Source: Candidatus Micrarchaeota archaeon (lineage in GTDB: Archaea; Micrarchaeota; Micrarchaeia; Anstonellales; Anstonellaceae). From it: a DNA stretch of 64,000 bases. The notes beneath the pieces are model-generated. The model was given only the letters and a program-made list of their open reading frames with translations, was not told the DNA's origin and ran no database searches. Positions 37,503 through 47,131 of this stretch are shown one piece after another (within the stretch, counting starts at the first letter, position 1; the number at the start of each line of letters is the position of its first letter). The position numbers and the translations under genes are program-made. Where the stretch lies: contig JAKAME010000001.1 of assembly GCA_021813025.1 (NCBI GenBank), positions 2,201-66,200 on the forward strand. Direction: 5' to 3'.

Positions 37503-38294
37503 CTAGAACGTCTGGTCCTCCAGCTCTTCCTTGCTCATGGGAATCCATTTCTGCCATTCTGCCGCGCGCAAGAATTCTTCGCCTCGCAGGGGTGCTACTG
37601 AGCATGAAAGCGAACCGGACAGCACGGCCGAGGCTTCCTGCGCCTGCGAGCGGGCGCGCTGCAAAGCCTCCTCGCGCGTGAGGCCGGCGGCGGTGGTGAG
37701 AGCCCATGCCGACACCTTCATCGGCCGCTCTCCTCCCGTGAGGCGGCGGATTTGGGCATTGCATGACTCGATGTCGCGCTCCAATTTGGCCGCCTCGTCA
37801 GAATCCTTCTGCCCCCGCAGGCGCGCGCGCCGATGCTCTGCCAGGCTGCGGCGCTCCTCCAGACGCTGGATTTGCTGTGAAGTGTCAAGCGGGCACACCA
37901 GAAGAGTGAGCGAGAGAGGATAGCGCAGGCCTCCAATCGCCTTCTCGAACAGCTCCATCATCAGAGCCTGCTGCCCCTGCGTGGAGAGAGTGGCCGAGTC
38001 GCGAAGCTGCACGCCCAAGCACACGCTGGCCCGCCAGCCACCCGAAGTGCGCTGCAGCATCACATCTTGTGAGGGGGGGAATTCGCAGTCTCCTTCAGAC
38101 ACGCGCAGGCGGGAGGCGGAGGCAAGGGCAGGGCCCAGCATCCAGCCAAGGCGCCACACAAGAAGGGAGAGAAAGAAGAGGAGAGCTGCGGGAAGAAGAG
38201 CCAGAGGCTCGCCCAAAACCCAGGCGGCTGCCATGCAGAGCAGCCCGCCCGCCAATCCGGCGAGGGTGATGGATTTGTTCGATGCCGCATCCAT
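37503..38294 (-). CDS. Membrane protein (2 N-terminal TM helices + coiled-coil soluble domain)
   Basis: Hydrophobic LAGLAGGLLCMAAAWVLG and LALLPAALLFFLSLLVW. 12-nt spacing to the ATPase gene. Confidence 0.55.
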   Translation of the reverse strand: MDAASNKSITLAGLAGGLLCMAAAWVLGEPLALLPAALLFFLSLLVWRLGWMLGPALASASRLRVSEGDCEFPPSQDVMLQRTSGGWRASVCLGVQLRDSATLSTQGQQALMMELFEKAIGGLRYPLSLTLLVCPLDTSQQIQRLEERRSLAEHRRARLRGQKDSDEAAKLERDIESCNAQIRRLTGGERPMKVSAWALTTAAGLTREEALQRARSQAQEASAVLSGSLSCSVAPLRGEEFLRAAEWQKWIPMSKEELEDQTF

Positions 38295-38304
38295 GAATGG
38301 GACC

Positions 38305-38934
38305 TTAGAGCAGTATGCGCACGTCCGTGCTGGGCGAGCTTTGCGCCACAAGGCGCTTGAACTCGGCCGGGTCTATGCGCAGGTCTGAGAGGTAATTGTA
38401 ATGATACGGGACGACTACCTTGGGCTTGATGTCAGCCACTGCCGAGGCAGCCTCGGCCATGTCCATCGTGTAAGTGCCGCCTATGGGCAGGATGGCCACG
38501 TCGCACTTGTAGCCTGCCATCTCTTGTATGCGGTCGGTGTCTCCTGCAACATAGACGCGCACGGGCGGAGAGGAGCCGAAAGCGAGTATGTATCCAACCC
38601 CTGTTCCGCGCGGATGGAATTGCTTGCTTGGATTGTAGGCCTGCACCGCCTGTATTGTGATTGAACCCAGTTTGAAAGACTGGCCGGGCGAGACTGACTG
38701 GCCCGGATGCTTGCAGCTTGGGCTGGCGATGAGCGTGGTGTTTGGCTTGAGGATTGATGGGGCGGGAACGCAATGGTCGAAATGGCCGTGGGTGTGAAGC
38801 ACAAGGTCGGCGGGCTTGGCGCCCCGCGGCAAAACATAGGGGTCTACATAGATGACTAGGCCCCCGTACTCGAAAGAAACGCTGGAATGCCCATGGCAGG
38901 TGATTCGCACGCCGCCGACGGTGGTGGTGTTCAT
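38305..38934 (-). CDS. Metallo-beta-lactamase-fold hydrolase (UPF0173-like)
   Basis: HTHGHFDH metal-binding motif. Confidence 0.8.
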   Translation of the reverse strand: MNTTTVGGVRITCHGHSSVSFEYGGLVIYVDPYVLPRGAKPADLVLHTHGHFDHCVPAPSILKPNTTLIASPSCKHPGQSVSPGQSFKLGSITIQAVQAYNPSKQFHPRGTGVGYILAFGSSPPVRVYVAGDTDRIQEMAGYKCDVAILPIGGTYTMDMAEAASAVADIKPKVVVPYHYNYLSDLRIDPAEFKRLVAQSSPSTDVRILL

Positions 38935-39002
38935 GGCCTCCCCATTAGAGAAGGAAGATGGGTTATAAGAAGCTGATGGAGAAAAGCCGCCTTTTTCTTT
39001 TT

Positions 39003-39338
39003 CTAAATCCCGCGCTCGCTGAAATCCGAATCCTGCCCGCCGACCGCCACGAAATGAATCGGCATGAGGGCGTCCAGCGGATTGCCCAATTTCGGCGAGG
39101 CTCCGGCCTGAGGCTCGTAATACACCATCTCGCGGCCGCGCTGCACCACGTGCGAGAGTATGCGCCCGTCAGGCTCTGTAACTGTAAGAGTGGTTGTGCC
39201 GGGGCCGACGCCTATGTTGATTATGCGCTTCTGCTTGCCCACCTCAACTGAGAAGGAGTGGAAGGCGCCGTTCTGCGAGACTGAGATGCGCTTGACCTTG
39301 GTCCAGTCGACCTTGGAGAGGAAGGCGCGCAAATCCAT
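39003..39338 (-). CDS. Hypothetical small protein
   Basis: ORF trimmed to MDLRAFLSKV. No family recognised. Confidence 0.35.
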   Translation of the reverse strand: MDLRAFLSKVDWTKVKRISVSQNGAFHSFSVEVGKQKRIINIGVGPGTTTLTVTEPDGRILSHVVQRGREMVYYEPQAGASPKLGNPLDALMPIHFVAVGGQDSDFSERGI

Positions 39339-39339
39339 C

Positions 39340-39570
39340 TTAAGCCCTCCGATGGCGGGGTGGCGAGGCGGGCGCGTAGCGCGCTGCTTTGTCTGCAAAA
39401 TCCTCGATGAATTTGAGGGTGGGCGCAAAAGTCGGGCTTTTTGGCGTGAGCTCGGTTGTTTTTGTGACATGCACGCCTGCAAGTTTGAGGGTGTCTGGGG
39501 CCAGCTCGGCCTGCTCAAACGCCTTGCGCGCCTCTTGCGCGGCTTTCTTTCCAACGGGAGCCGGAACCAT
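39340..39570 (-). CDS. Hypothetical small protein
   Basis: ORF from MVPAPVGKKAAQEARKAFEQ. Directly upstream of 39003-39338 and possibly co-transcribed. Confidence 0.3.
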   Translation of the reverse strand: MVPAPVGKKAAQEARKAFEQAELAPDTLKLAGVHVTKTTELTPKSPTFAPTLKFIEDFADKAARYAPASPPRHRRA

Positions 39571-39773
39571 GTATAAAATGGCGCGCTGGGGACTTAAAAA
39601 GATGGAGGATGCGCCAGAAAACAAAAGGATTGGAAATGTGCATGCGAAAGGAAAATGCGCGGGGCAGAATTTTCGTTCGGAGTGAGAATATATTAAATAT
39701 ATACAGATGTATCTTTTAGCAATACATCAACAAACCACCTGGGTTTTTTAGCCGACAGGAAAAACAGCAGCCC

Positions 39774-39923
39774 ATGGCTCTCTCCGAATGCCCCAAATGC
39801 GCAATCCACATCATCCGCCACCCTGACTGGAAAGAGGGCATGGTTGTCGAATGCCCGGAGTGCGGCGCCAAGCTTGTGGTGTCAAGCCTTGAGCCACTCG
39901 AATTGGAAGAGGCGCAGGAATAG
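39774..39923 (+). CDS. LysW-like zinc-ribbon protein (third paralogue, lacks the EDWGE tail)
   Basis: MALSECPKCAIHI...VVECPECGAKLVVSSLEPLELEEAQE. CxxC...CxxC spacing and acidic C-terminus as in LysW. AT-rich promoter-like sequence upstream. Confidence 0.5.
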   Translation: MALSECPKCAIHIIRHPDWKEGMVVECPECGAKLVVSSLEPLELEEAQE

Positions 39924-40054
39924 GCGAGCCGGTGCGCATGGACGCAGGAATGGCATTTTGCGCTTTTTGACGAACCTTCTTTAACTTTCATCCCCCACTT
40001 AAGCGCCATAATGAACGACGGGCCGTGGGAGACTCGTTTTTGAGGAGAGCATGC

Positions 40055-41254
40055 ATGACAACTCCTTCCATTTCGCGACGAACTCAGGGCTTGGGCACCG
40101 AGAACGCGTTCGAGGTGCTGGCTGAAGTGAACAAGCTCAAGCGCGAAGGAAAAGACGTTGTGAGCTTCTGCATAGGCCAGCCGGATTTCGGCACGCCAAA
40201 CCACATCAGAGAGGCCGCAATTGAGGCCATCAAGGCAGGCAAGAGCGGCTACACCGATTCTGCCGGCATTCTGGAGGCTCGCGAGGCGGTGGCGCGCTAT
40301 TTTTCGCGCACGCGCGGAATTGAGGTGAAAGCACAGGATGTTGTAATCGCCAACGGAGCCAAGCCATTCATTGGATATGCTATAGCCTGCGCAACAGACC
40401 CCGGCATCGGGGATGAAGTGATTTGCCCTGTGCCGGGCTATCCAATCTACCAGTCGCAGGTGGTGGCGCACGGCGCAACGGCAGTGGGGCTGCCTCTTTC
40501 GGAAGAAAAGAAATTCAGCTTTGATTTGGATGATTTGCGCGCGCGCATAAGCCCGCGCACGCGCCTGCTGATTCTCAACACCCCCCACAATCCGACCGGA
40601 GGAGTAATTGGCAGAAGCGATTTGGAGGAAATTGGCGCGCTGGCCAAGAAACACGATTTCTGGATTTATGCTGACGAAGTGTACAGCCAAATCATTTATG
40701 ACGGCAAATTCGAAAGCATCGCGTCCGTGGAGGGAATGTACGAGCGAACCATCCTCTCGGACGGCGCGTCCAAATCCTATGCAATGCCCGGCTGGCGCTT
40801 GGGCTTTGCTGCCAATCCAAGCCTTGCCCCGCATTTGGCGCGCTGGGTGACAAACACAGAAAGCTGCGCGAATCACATGACCCAGCATGCAATAATACGC
40901 GCGCTGGACGGGCCTCATGACGACACGCATGCCATGGTGGCCGAGTTCAAGCGGAGGCGCGATGTCATGGTGCGCCTGCTCAATGAGATGGACGGCGTGA
41001 GCTGCCAGATGCCGGCCGGGGCTTTCTATGCCTATCCGAACATGAATGGCGCGCTCAAGAAACTGAACCTTCGCAGCGCGGAGCAGCTGCGCCAGATGCT
41101 GCTCAAGGAAGGCGTGGCCGTGCTGGCGGACCACCACTTTGGCAGGCGCGAGCCGGGAGAGAAAAACCACTACATTCGCCTGAGCTATTGCACTTCAATG
41201 GAAAACATCGAGAAGGGCCTGGCGCGCATGAAAGGAGTGCTGGGCGCGAAGTAA
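40055..41254 (+). CDS. Class-I PLP aminotransferase (AspC/LysN-like)
   Basis: Aminotransferase class I/II fold. Has the family-typical N-P-T-G block and SKSY-type PLP lysine. Confidence 0.85.
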   Translation: MTTPSISRRTQGLGTENAFEVLAEVNKLKREGKDVVSFCIGQPDFGTPNHIREAAIEAIKAGKSGYTDSAGILEAREAVARYFSRTRGIEVKAQDVVIANGAKPFIGYAIACATDPGIGDEVICPVPGYPIYQSQVVAHGATAVGLPLSEEKKFSFDLDDLRARISPRTRLLILNTPHNPTGGVIGRSDLEEIGALAKKHDFWIYADEVYSQIIYDGKFESIASVEGMYERTILSDGASKSYAMPGWRLGFAANPSLAPHLARWVTNTESCANHMTQHAIIRALDGPHDDTHAMVAEFKRRRDVMVRLLNEMDGVSCQMPAGAFYAYPNMNGALKKLNLRSAEQLRQMLLKEGVAVLADHHFGRREPGEKNHYIRLSYCTSMENIEKGLARMKGVLGAK

Positions 41255-41266
41255 GCAGGTGGATGG

Positions 41267-43276
41267 ATGGGCATCATCGGAACAGACGGAAAGGAGAAGG
41301 CTTTTTCTTCGGCACAAATCAAGCAGGCTGCCGCCGAAATGCGCGGCTATGCCCTGATTTCGATTCATTGCGCAGGCTCAGGCCATTCAGGCGGCACGCT
41401 CTCTGCAATGGATGCGCTGGCCGCACTATATTTGCGCGTCATGAAGCACAAGCCGTCCGAGCCTGACTGGGCAGGGCGGGACAGGCTGTTTTTCTCTGCA
41501 GGCCACAAGGCTCCGGCATGGTATGCCCCGTTGGGCTGGTGCGGCTATTTTGACGTGAAGCAGACTGCAACCCTGAGAAAGCTTGGAAGCTCGTTTCAGG
41601 GTCATCCAGACAGGAGGAAATGCGCAGGAATCGAGCTTTCGTGCGGAAGCTTGGGACAGGGCCTGAGCGTGGCTGTGGGAGACGCGCTGGCTGCCCGCCT
41701 GCGCGGGCAAAATTATCGCGTGTACTGCCTGATGGGGGACGGCGAGCAGCAGGAAGGCCAGATTTGGGAGGCTGCCATGGAGGCAGGCCACTACAAGCTG
41801 GACAATCTTGTGGGAATTGTGGACAAGAACGAGCTGCAGATTGACGGATGGGTGCGCGAAGTCATGGACATCGACCCCATAGCGGACAAATACCGCGCAT
41901 TCGGCTGGCATGCAATTGAATGCGATGGGCATGACATTGATGCGCTACTTGCTGCATTTGAGGAGGCAGGGCGCACGAAAGGAAAACCAACCGTGATTAT
42001 TGCGCGCACCATCAAGGGCAGGGGAGTCTCGTTCATGGAAAAGCAGGCGGGATGGCATGGAAAAGCGCCAAATGCTCAGGAGCTGGATACGGCGCTCAAG
42101 GAGCTTGGAGTGGAGCACCTGCCAAAAGACGAGATGAAGGCAATTGCCGCAGCGCACCAGAGGAAGGCGGAAAGCGAGCTGGCAGATTCGATGCCAAAAT
42201 TCTCCAAAAATTACTGGTGGAACGCGCAAGAGGACATGAAAGTGGAAATGAAGCCGACGCGCACGGGATTCGGGGAGGCTTTGCGCGACAGCACAAACCC
42301 CAATGTGGTGGCGCTTGGGGCGGACATTTCCAGCTCAATCAGCATTTCCATGTTCCATGAGGGCAAGCCTGAGCGAAAAGGCCGCTGGTTTTCGATGGGA
42401 ATTGCCGAACAGTCAGGCACCTGCGTTGCCGCAGGCATGGCCAAGGAAGGCTTCATACCATTCTTCGGAACTTATGGAGTGTTTGCGGCAGGGCGGGCGC
42501 TTGACCAGCTGCGCACCACCGTAGCTTATGGGAACTACAATGTCAAGATAGCGGGCGCGCACGGAGGCGTGTCGGTGGGGCCAGACGGGGCAACCCATCA
42601 GGCATTGGAGGAGATTTTCCAGATAGCAGGTTTGCCGAACATGAGCCTGCTCACGCCATGCGACGCAGAAGAGACAAGAAAATGCACCGAAGCCATTATC
42701 GCTCGCGATGGGCCGTGCTATCTGCGCTATGCGCGCGAGGCAACGCCGGTTGTGACAGATGGGAAGACGCCTTACAAATTCGGCGAGGCCACAGTGATAA
42801 GGTATCGCGGAAAGAAAGCAAAATTCGCGGATGCGTATGAACACATGCTTGCATCAGAGGCCAAGAACGAAGCTGAAGCAATCGCCATCATTGCCTGCGG
42901 GCCGCAGGTGCCTGAGGCAATGCGCGCGGCCTGGATTTTGAAAGAGGAATACGGAATAAGCGCGCGCGTAATCAACATATCCACCATCAAGCCGCTTGAC
43001 AAGAGCGCCGTCATTGCGGCGGCGCGAGACACAGGCTGCGTGCTCACGGCAGAGGAGCACCAGAAAGGCGGGCTTGGAAATCTTGTCTCGTCCGCCATAC
43101 TCTGCGAGCCCTCGCTTTACGGCCGGCCAGTCATGTTTGACATGATTGGGGTGCCTGACACGTTCGGCGAGTCTGGCGCGGCATGGGAATTAATCAAAAG
43201 ATTCGGATTGAGCGCAGAGCATATCGCTCAAAAGGCGAAAGAAATGATTGATAGGAAAAAGAAGGTGATTGAATGA
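41267..43276 (+). CDS. tkt: Transketolase (full length, N- and C-terminal halves fused)
   Basis: ThDP-binding motifs GSGHSGG and GDGEQQEG, plus pyrimidine-binding and C-terminal domains. Confidence 0.9.
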   Translation: MGIIGTDGKEKAFSSAQIKQAAAEMRGYALISIHCAGSGHSGGTLSAMDALAALYLRVMKHKPSEPDWAGRDRLFFSAGHKAPAWYAPLGWCGYFDVKQTATLRKLGSSFQGHPDRRKCAGIELSCGSLGQGLSVAVGDALAARLRGQNYRVYCLMGDGEQQEGQIWEAAMEAGHYKLDNLVGIVDKNELQIDGWVREVMDIDPIADKYRAFGWHAIECDGHDIDALLAAFEEAGRTKGKPTVIIARTIKGRGVSFMEKQAGWHGKAPNAQELDTALKELGVEHLPKDEMKAIAAAHQRKAESELADSMPKFSKNYWWNAQEDMKVEMKPTRTGFGEALRDSTNPNVVALGADISSSISISMFHEGKPERKGRWFSMGIAEQSGTCVAAGMAKEGFIPFFGTYGVFAAGRALDQLRTTVAYGNYNVKIAGAHGGVSVGPDGATHQALEEIFQIAGLPNMSLLTPCDAEETRKCTEAIIARDGPCYLRYAREATPVVTDGKTPYKFGEATVIRYRGKKAKFADAYEHMLASEAKNEAEAIAIIACGPQVPEAMRAAWILKEEYGISARVINISTIKPLDKSAVIAAARDTGCVLTAEEHQKGGLGNLVSSAILCEPSLYGRPVMFDMIGVPDTFGESGAAWELIKRFGLSAEHIAQKAKEMIDRKKKVIE

Positions 43277-43480
43277 GTATGAAAAAGAGTCCAGTGAAGC
43301 GCAACCCGGATGCCCCGGGCATGCGCAGCGAATTTCCATACAATATTTATTTCAGCAAAAAGAGTGGCGAGAGCATCGCGCGCCCGGAGTGCAGGCGCGA
43401 AAAAGCCGAAATGCACAAAGGCGAGGTGGTGGACCCGGAGCCAGATGCCCGCGAAATAAGGCAATGATGCGCGGCTGGCT

Positions 43481-43942
43481 TCACCCGTCATATTTTTTCA
43501 TTGCCTTCAATTTGTCAACATAGCTTTGCGCAGAGAAGTCTATCCTCTTCAAATCATCCTCGCTCGCTTGGCGCACAACCTTGCCCGGCACGCCCATCAC
43601 CACAGAGTGCGGCGGGATGACGGCGTTTTCGAGCACCAGCGCGCCGGCGGCTATGATTGAATGCTCGCCTATTTGGCATTTGTTTAGCAGGGTGGCGTGC
43701 ATTCCAATGAGCACATGGCTGCCGACAGAGCATCCGTGCACAATCGCGCCATGGCCCACAGTAACATAGGAGCCGATTTTGACCCTGTGGCCATGGACTA
43801 CGCATGACTCCTGCACAGAAGTGCAGTCTCCTATTTCTATCTCGCCCTCATCAGCGCGAATCGCGGCAAAGGCGGCAACATAGACATTCCGGCCGAGTTT
43901 TGCCCTCGAATCAACTTCTGATTTTGGGTGGATGAAGGACAT
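43481..43942 (-). CDS. Hexapeptide-repeat (LbH) protein, gamma-carbonic-anhydrase/PaaY-like
   Basis: Left-handed beta-helix repeats with His ligands (VHGHRVKIG...HGAIVHG). Confidence 0.8.
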   Translation of the reverse strand: MSFIHPKSEVDSRAKLGRNVYVAAFAAIRADEGEIEIGDCTSVQESCVVHGHRVKIGSYVTVGHGAIVHGCSVGSHVLIGMHATLLNKCQIGEHSIIAAGALVLENAVIPPHSVVMGVPGKVVRQASEDDLKRIDFSAQSYVDKLKAMKKYDG

Positions 43943-43951
43943 TGGGATGCC

Positions 43952-45076
43952 TCATTTTGCGTGGCTGGCCAGAGCGGGCTGGTGCAAGAACTTCTCCAGC
44001 ACAACAATGGCCTTCTCATAGTCCGCCCATGCAAGATATTCCGCATCCGTGTGGTCGAGCTTGGAATCTCCCGGCCCGTAGGCAATGGTGGGGATGCCGG
44101 CCGCCATGGACAGGTTCATGTCAGCGCTGCCGGACTTCTTCAAATAGCGCGGGGTGAGGCCGGAGGAGCGTATGGCGGCCACCATGGCGCGCGCAAGCGG
44201 ATGGTTTGGGGAAAGCTCGCAGCCTGCGAATGATTCGGTGATGGTAACCTTGAGGCCGGAGGGGGCGGAGGAGCGGAAGAGGTGGATTATGTCCTCCACC
44301 TTCTTGGAGGGCGGCACGCGCACGTCCATGAAGAAATCCATATGGCCCGGAATGACGTTGAGCGCGTCGCGGCGGCCGTAGTCCACGTGGGTGATGTTGA
44401 AGATGACTGAGTCAAAGGCGTGGTTGCGTGGGAAGTGGCTGCGCAGCTTCTCGTAATACTCGATGGTTCGCTCAATAGGATTCTCGGCATGCGAGCCGGC
44501 GTGCATGGGCGTGCCTTCCGAGCGGCATTCGGCCAGTATGCGGCCCTTGTAGGCAATTGTGAGGCCGTCGCTGTTGGATGGCTCGCCATTGAGCGCGAGG
44601 CGCGGCTTGAGACAAGCGAGCAGGTGCTTGGCTCCGCGAGAAGTTGGGGCCTCCTCTTCAGTAACTCCGGCCACCACAAGCTTGAGAGAGGAGGGGGAGG
44701 CCGGACGGGCCTCGCGGCCGCCGGCGTGGGCCCCGTCCCGCGGGGGCATGACGCTTGCGCCGGCCTCTATGAATGAGGCAAGGCAGCCCTTGGCATCCAC
44801 TGCGCCTCTTCCAGATACGCCCTTCTCATCTGCCTTGACAAGCCAGAAGCCGCCCACTGTGTCCAAGTGGGAGAAGAGCAGCAGGTCGCAATGCGGGTCG
44901 CGGGTGTAATCGTAATTGCCGCCCACCACATTGCCGGCCTCGTCTATTCTGACGTGCTTGTAGCCAAGCTCGCGCATGCGCTGGGCGCACAGCAGCGCTG
45001 CGGCGGATTCCTTGCCAGAAAAGCTCTTGGTCTTCACCAGCTCGATCAGGAACTTGCGGCTTGCGGGCATGGTCAT
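43952..45076 (-). CDS. argE: [LysW]-lysine/ornithine hydrolase (M20 peptidase, ArgE/LysK)
   Basis: M20 family HxD...D motif region LLFSHLDTV and GRGAVDAKG. ATGA-coupled to argD/lysJ. Confidence 0.8.
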   Translation of the reverse strand: MTMPASRKFLIELVKTKSFSGKESAAALLCAQRMRELGYKHVRIDEAGNVVGGNYDYTRDPHCDLLLFSHLDTVGGFWLVKADEKGVSGRGAVDAKGCLASFIEAGASVMPPRDGAHAGGREARPASPSSLKLVVAGVTEEEAPTSRGAKHLLACLKPRLALNGEPSNSDGLTIAYKGRILAECRSEGTPMHAGSHAENPIERTIEYYEKLRSHFPRNHAFDSVIFNITHVDYGRRDALNVIPGHMDFFMDVRVPPSKKVEDIIHLFRSSAPSGLKVTITESFAGCELSPNHPLARAMVAAIRSSGLTPRYLKKSGSADMNLSMAAGIPTIAYGPGDSKLDHTDAEYLAWADYEKAIVVLEKFLHQPALASHAK

Positions 45077-46275
45077 GCGGGCAGCACCTCGTCCAGTGTT
45101 TGCAGGGCTTGCTCGAAATCCTCGCGCGGCGTGTTGAGTGGGGGCAGAAGGCGCACCACCAAATCTCCGGCAGCAAGCACAAGCAATCCCCTGAGTTGAG
45201 CGGCTTGCAGCACTGGCTTTGACTCGCTCTTGAGCTCGATGGCCAGCATGAGGCCCATGCCGCGTATTTCGGTGATGGATGCATGGCGGGCCTTGAGAGC
45301 GTTGAGCCGCTCCATAAGCCATGAGCCGTTTTGGGCAGCCATTTGCAGAACATTCTCCTTCTCCATAACATCCAGCATGGCATTGGCTGCGGCGCAGGCG
45401 AGCGGATTGCCGCCAAAAGTGGAGCCATGCTCCAGAGGCTTGAAAGCACAGACATCTTCGCTGGCGATGAGGGCGCCGATGGGCACGCCTCCACCCAATC
45501 CCTTTGCCAGAGTGACTGCATCAGGCGAGATGCCATAATACTCGAAAGCAAAGAAGCGGCCAGTCCTGCCGCAGCCGGTCTGGATTTCGTCTATGATGAG
45601 CAATGCGCCGGCAGAAGTGCAGATTTCGCGCGCAGCTTGGATGTATTCCTGCGTGGCCGGCCTGATGCCGCCCTCGCCCTGAATGACTTCAAGGAAAACT
45701 GCCGCAGTGTCGGAATTGACTGCTGTGCGCAAGCCCTCGATGTCGTTGTAGCGCACGCGGGTGACTGGCCCGATGAGCGGCTCGAAGCGCTCGCGGTACT
45801 TGGGCTTGAATGTAAGGCTTAAGCTGCCGGTGCTTCTTCCATGGAACGCGTTCATGGCTGCTACAAAGCCCTTTCTTCCGGTCTTGGCGCGGGCAAGCTT
45901 CATGGCTGCTTCAATGGCCTCGGTGCCTGAATTGCACAAGAAAATGCGGCCGGAAGAGCGAGTAGCCTGATTCCAGAGCTTCGCCAGACGCTCAAGCAAT
46001 CTTGCCCTCTCGTCATTTGCAAAAGACTCGTTGCAGGTGATGAGCGTGTTGGCTTGCCTGCCCACTGCCTCCACTATTCTCGGGTGAGCATGGCCCAGAA
46101 TGGCGATGCCTATGCCTGAAGTGAAGTCTATGTATTCCTTTCCATCCGCGTCCCAGACATGGCTTCCGCTGCCGCGCACCAGCGCGATGCCGCGCTTTGG
46201 GTAGACGCCAATTTCGTGCGCTGTTTCGGAAGCGATGAGTGAAGAGTTTGTTTGGTTGCCAGTCATTTCAATCAA
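45073..46275 (-). CDS. argD: Acetylornithine/[LysW]-aminoadipate-semialdehyde aminotransferase (class III)
   Basis: Class-III aminotransferase motifs (DEIQTGCGRTG, PLP lysine in TLAKGLGGG). Confidence 0.9.
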   Translation of the reverse strand: MIEMTGNQTNSSLIASETAHEIGVYPKRGIALVRGSGSHVWDADGKEYIDFTSGIGIAILGHAHPRIVEAVGRQANTLITCNESFANDERARLLERLAKLWNQATRSSGRIFLCNSGTEAIEAAMKLARAKTGRKGFVAAMNAFHGRSTGSLSLTFKPKYRERFEPLIGPVTRVRYNDIEGLRTAVNSDTAAVFLEVIQGEGGIRPATQEYIQAAREICTSAGALLIIDEIQTGCGRTGRFFAFEYYGISPDAVTLAKGLGGGVPIGALIASEDVCAFKPLEHGSTFGGNPLACAAANAMLDVMEKENVLQMAAQNGSWLMERLNALKARHASITEIRGMGLMLAIELKSESKPVLQAAQLRGLLVLAAGDLVVRLLPPLNTPREDFEQALQTLDEVLPA

Positions 46276-46276
46276 C

Positions 46277-47122
46277 TCAATTCTTGGTGATGTGCGTGCC
46301 TGCGCCTGCGAGCAGGCTGGAAATTGGCGAGGCGACCGTGCCGTTTCCTATAATGACTTCGCGCACGCCCCCATTGATGGCTTCGATGCAGCCCATGAGC
46401 TTCTTCTTCATTCCGCCCGAGGCTGCGCCAGCACCAGCATTCTTCATGGCTGCCTCAAGCTCTGAAGCAGTAAGGCTCGGCACGAGGTCGTTGGGGAAAT
46501 TCCGATAATAGCCATCAACATCAGTGAGTGAGATGGCCATGTCTGCATGCAGGGCGGATGCAAGGGCGGCCATGAGCCTGTCGCCGTCAATATTGAGAGG
46601 CTGATTGGACTCGCCAATAGCCAAGGCCGCGAGGACGGGAGTATAACCGGCCGAAAGCAGGGTTTGCAAAAGCTCGGCATTCACCTTCTCAATCTTGCCA
46701 GTATAATCATCTCTTATGATTTTCTGCTTGCCGCTCTCATCAACAGATGTGATGATTTTCTGCCTTGCAGTAACGGCCCGGCCATCAAGGCCGGTGAGGC
46801 CGATGGCATTCACGCCAGCTGCCTGAAGCGCGCAGACGATTTGAGAATTTGCCTGCCCGCCGCAGGCCATGGCATAGAGCGAGATGATTTGCGCATCAGT
46901 GGCGCGCGACTTGATGCCGGCAGGGGAGGTGTAGAACTTGGGCGCGATGCCAAGGCGCTTGCACAGCTCGTTTGTCTGGGAGGAGCCGCCATGCGCAAGC
47001 ACGAATGAGTATTGCGAGCTGAGGCTGGCCATGTCTTGCGCAATGGAGGCAAGAGCAGCCGGATTGCCGGCTGTGGAGCCGCCAATCTTGAGCACGATGA
47101 TGGGAGTTTGAGCCATGGGCAT
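46277..47122 (-). CDS. argB: [LysW]-aminoadipate/glutamate kinase (ArgB/LysZ)
   Basis: Amino-acid kinase fold IIVLKIGGS...LAHGGS. Confidence 0.85.
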   Translation of the reverse strand: MPMAQTPIIVLKIGGSTAGNPAALASIAQDMASLSSQYSFVLAHGGSSQTNELCKRLGIAPKFYTSPAGIKSRATDAQIISLYAMACGGQANSQIVCALQAAGVNAIGLTGLDGRAVTARQKIITSVDESGKQKIIRDDYTGKIEKVNAELLQTLLSAGYTPVLAALAIGESNQPLNIDGDRLMAALASALHADMAISLTDVDGYYRNFPNDLVPSLTASELEAAMKNAGAGAASGGMKKKLMGCIEAINGGVREVIIGNGTVASPISSLLAGAGTHITKN

Positions 47123-47131
47123 CCGTCCTTT

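Noticed and set aside
38305-38351. Apparent 47-nt overlap between the membrane protein ORF and the MBL hydrolase gene
   Set aside because: This is resolved by using the internal Met (38294) as the membrane-protein start.
43273-43467. 64-aa ORF overlapping the transketolase stop
   Set aside because: No family and no ribosome-binding context. It is probably spurious, though it could be a small protein.
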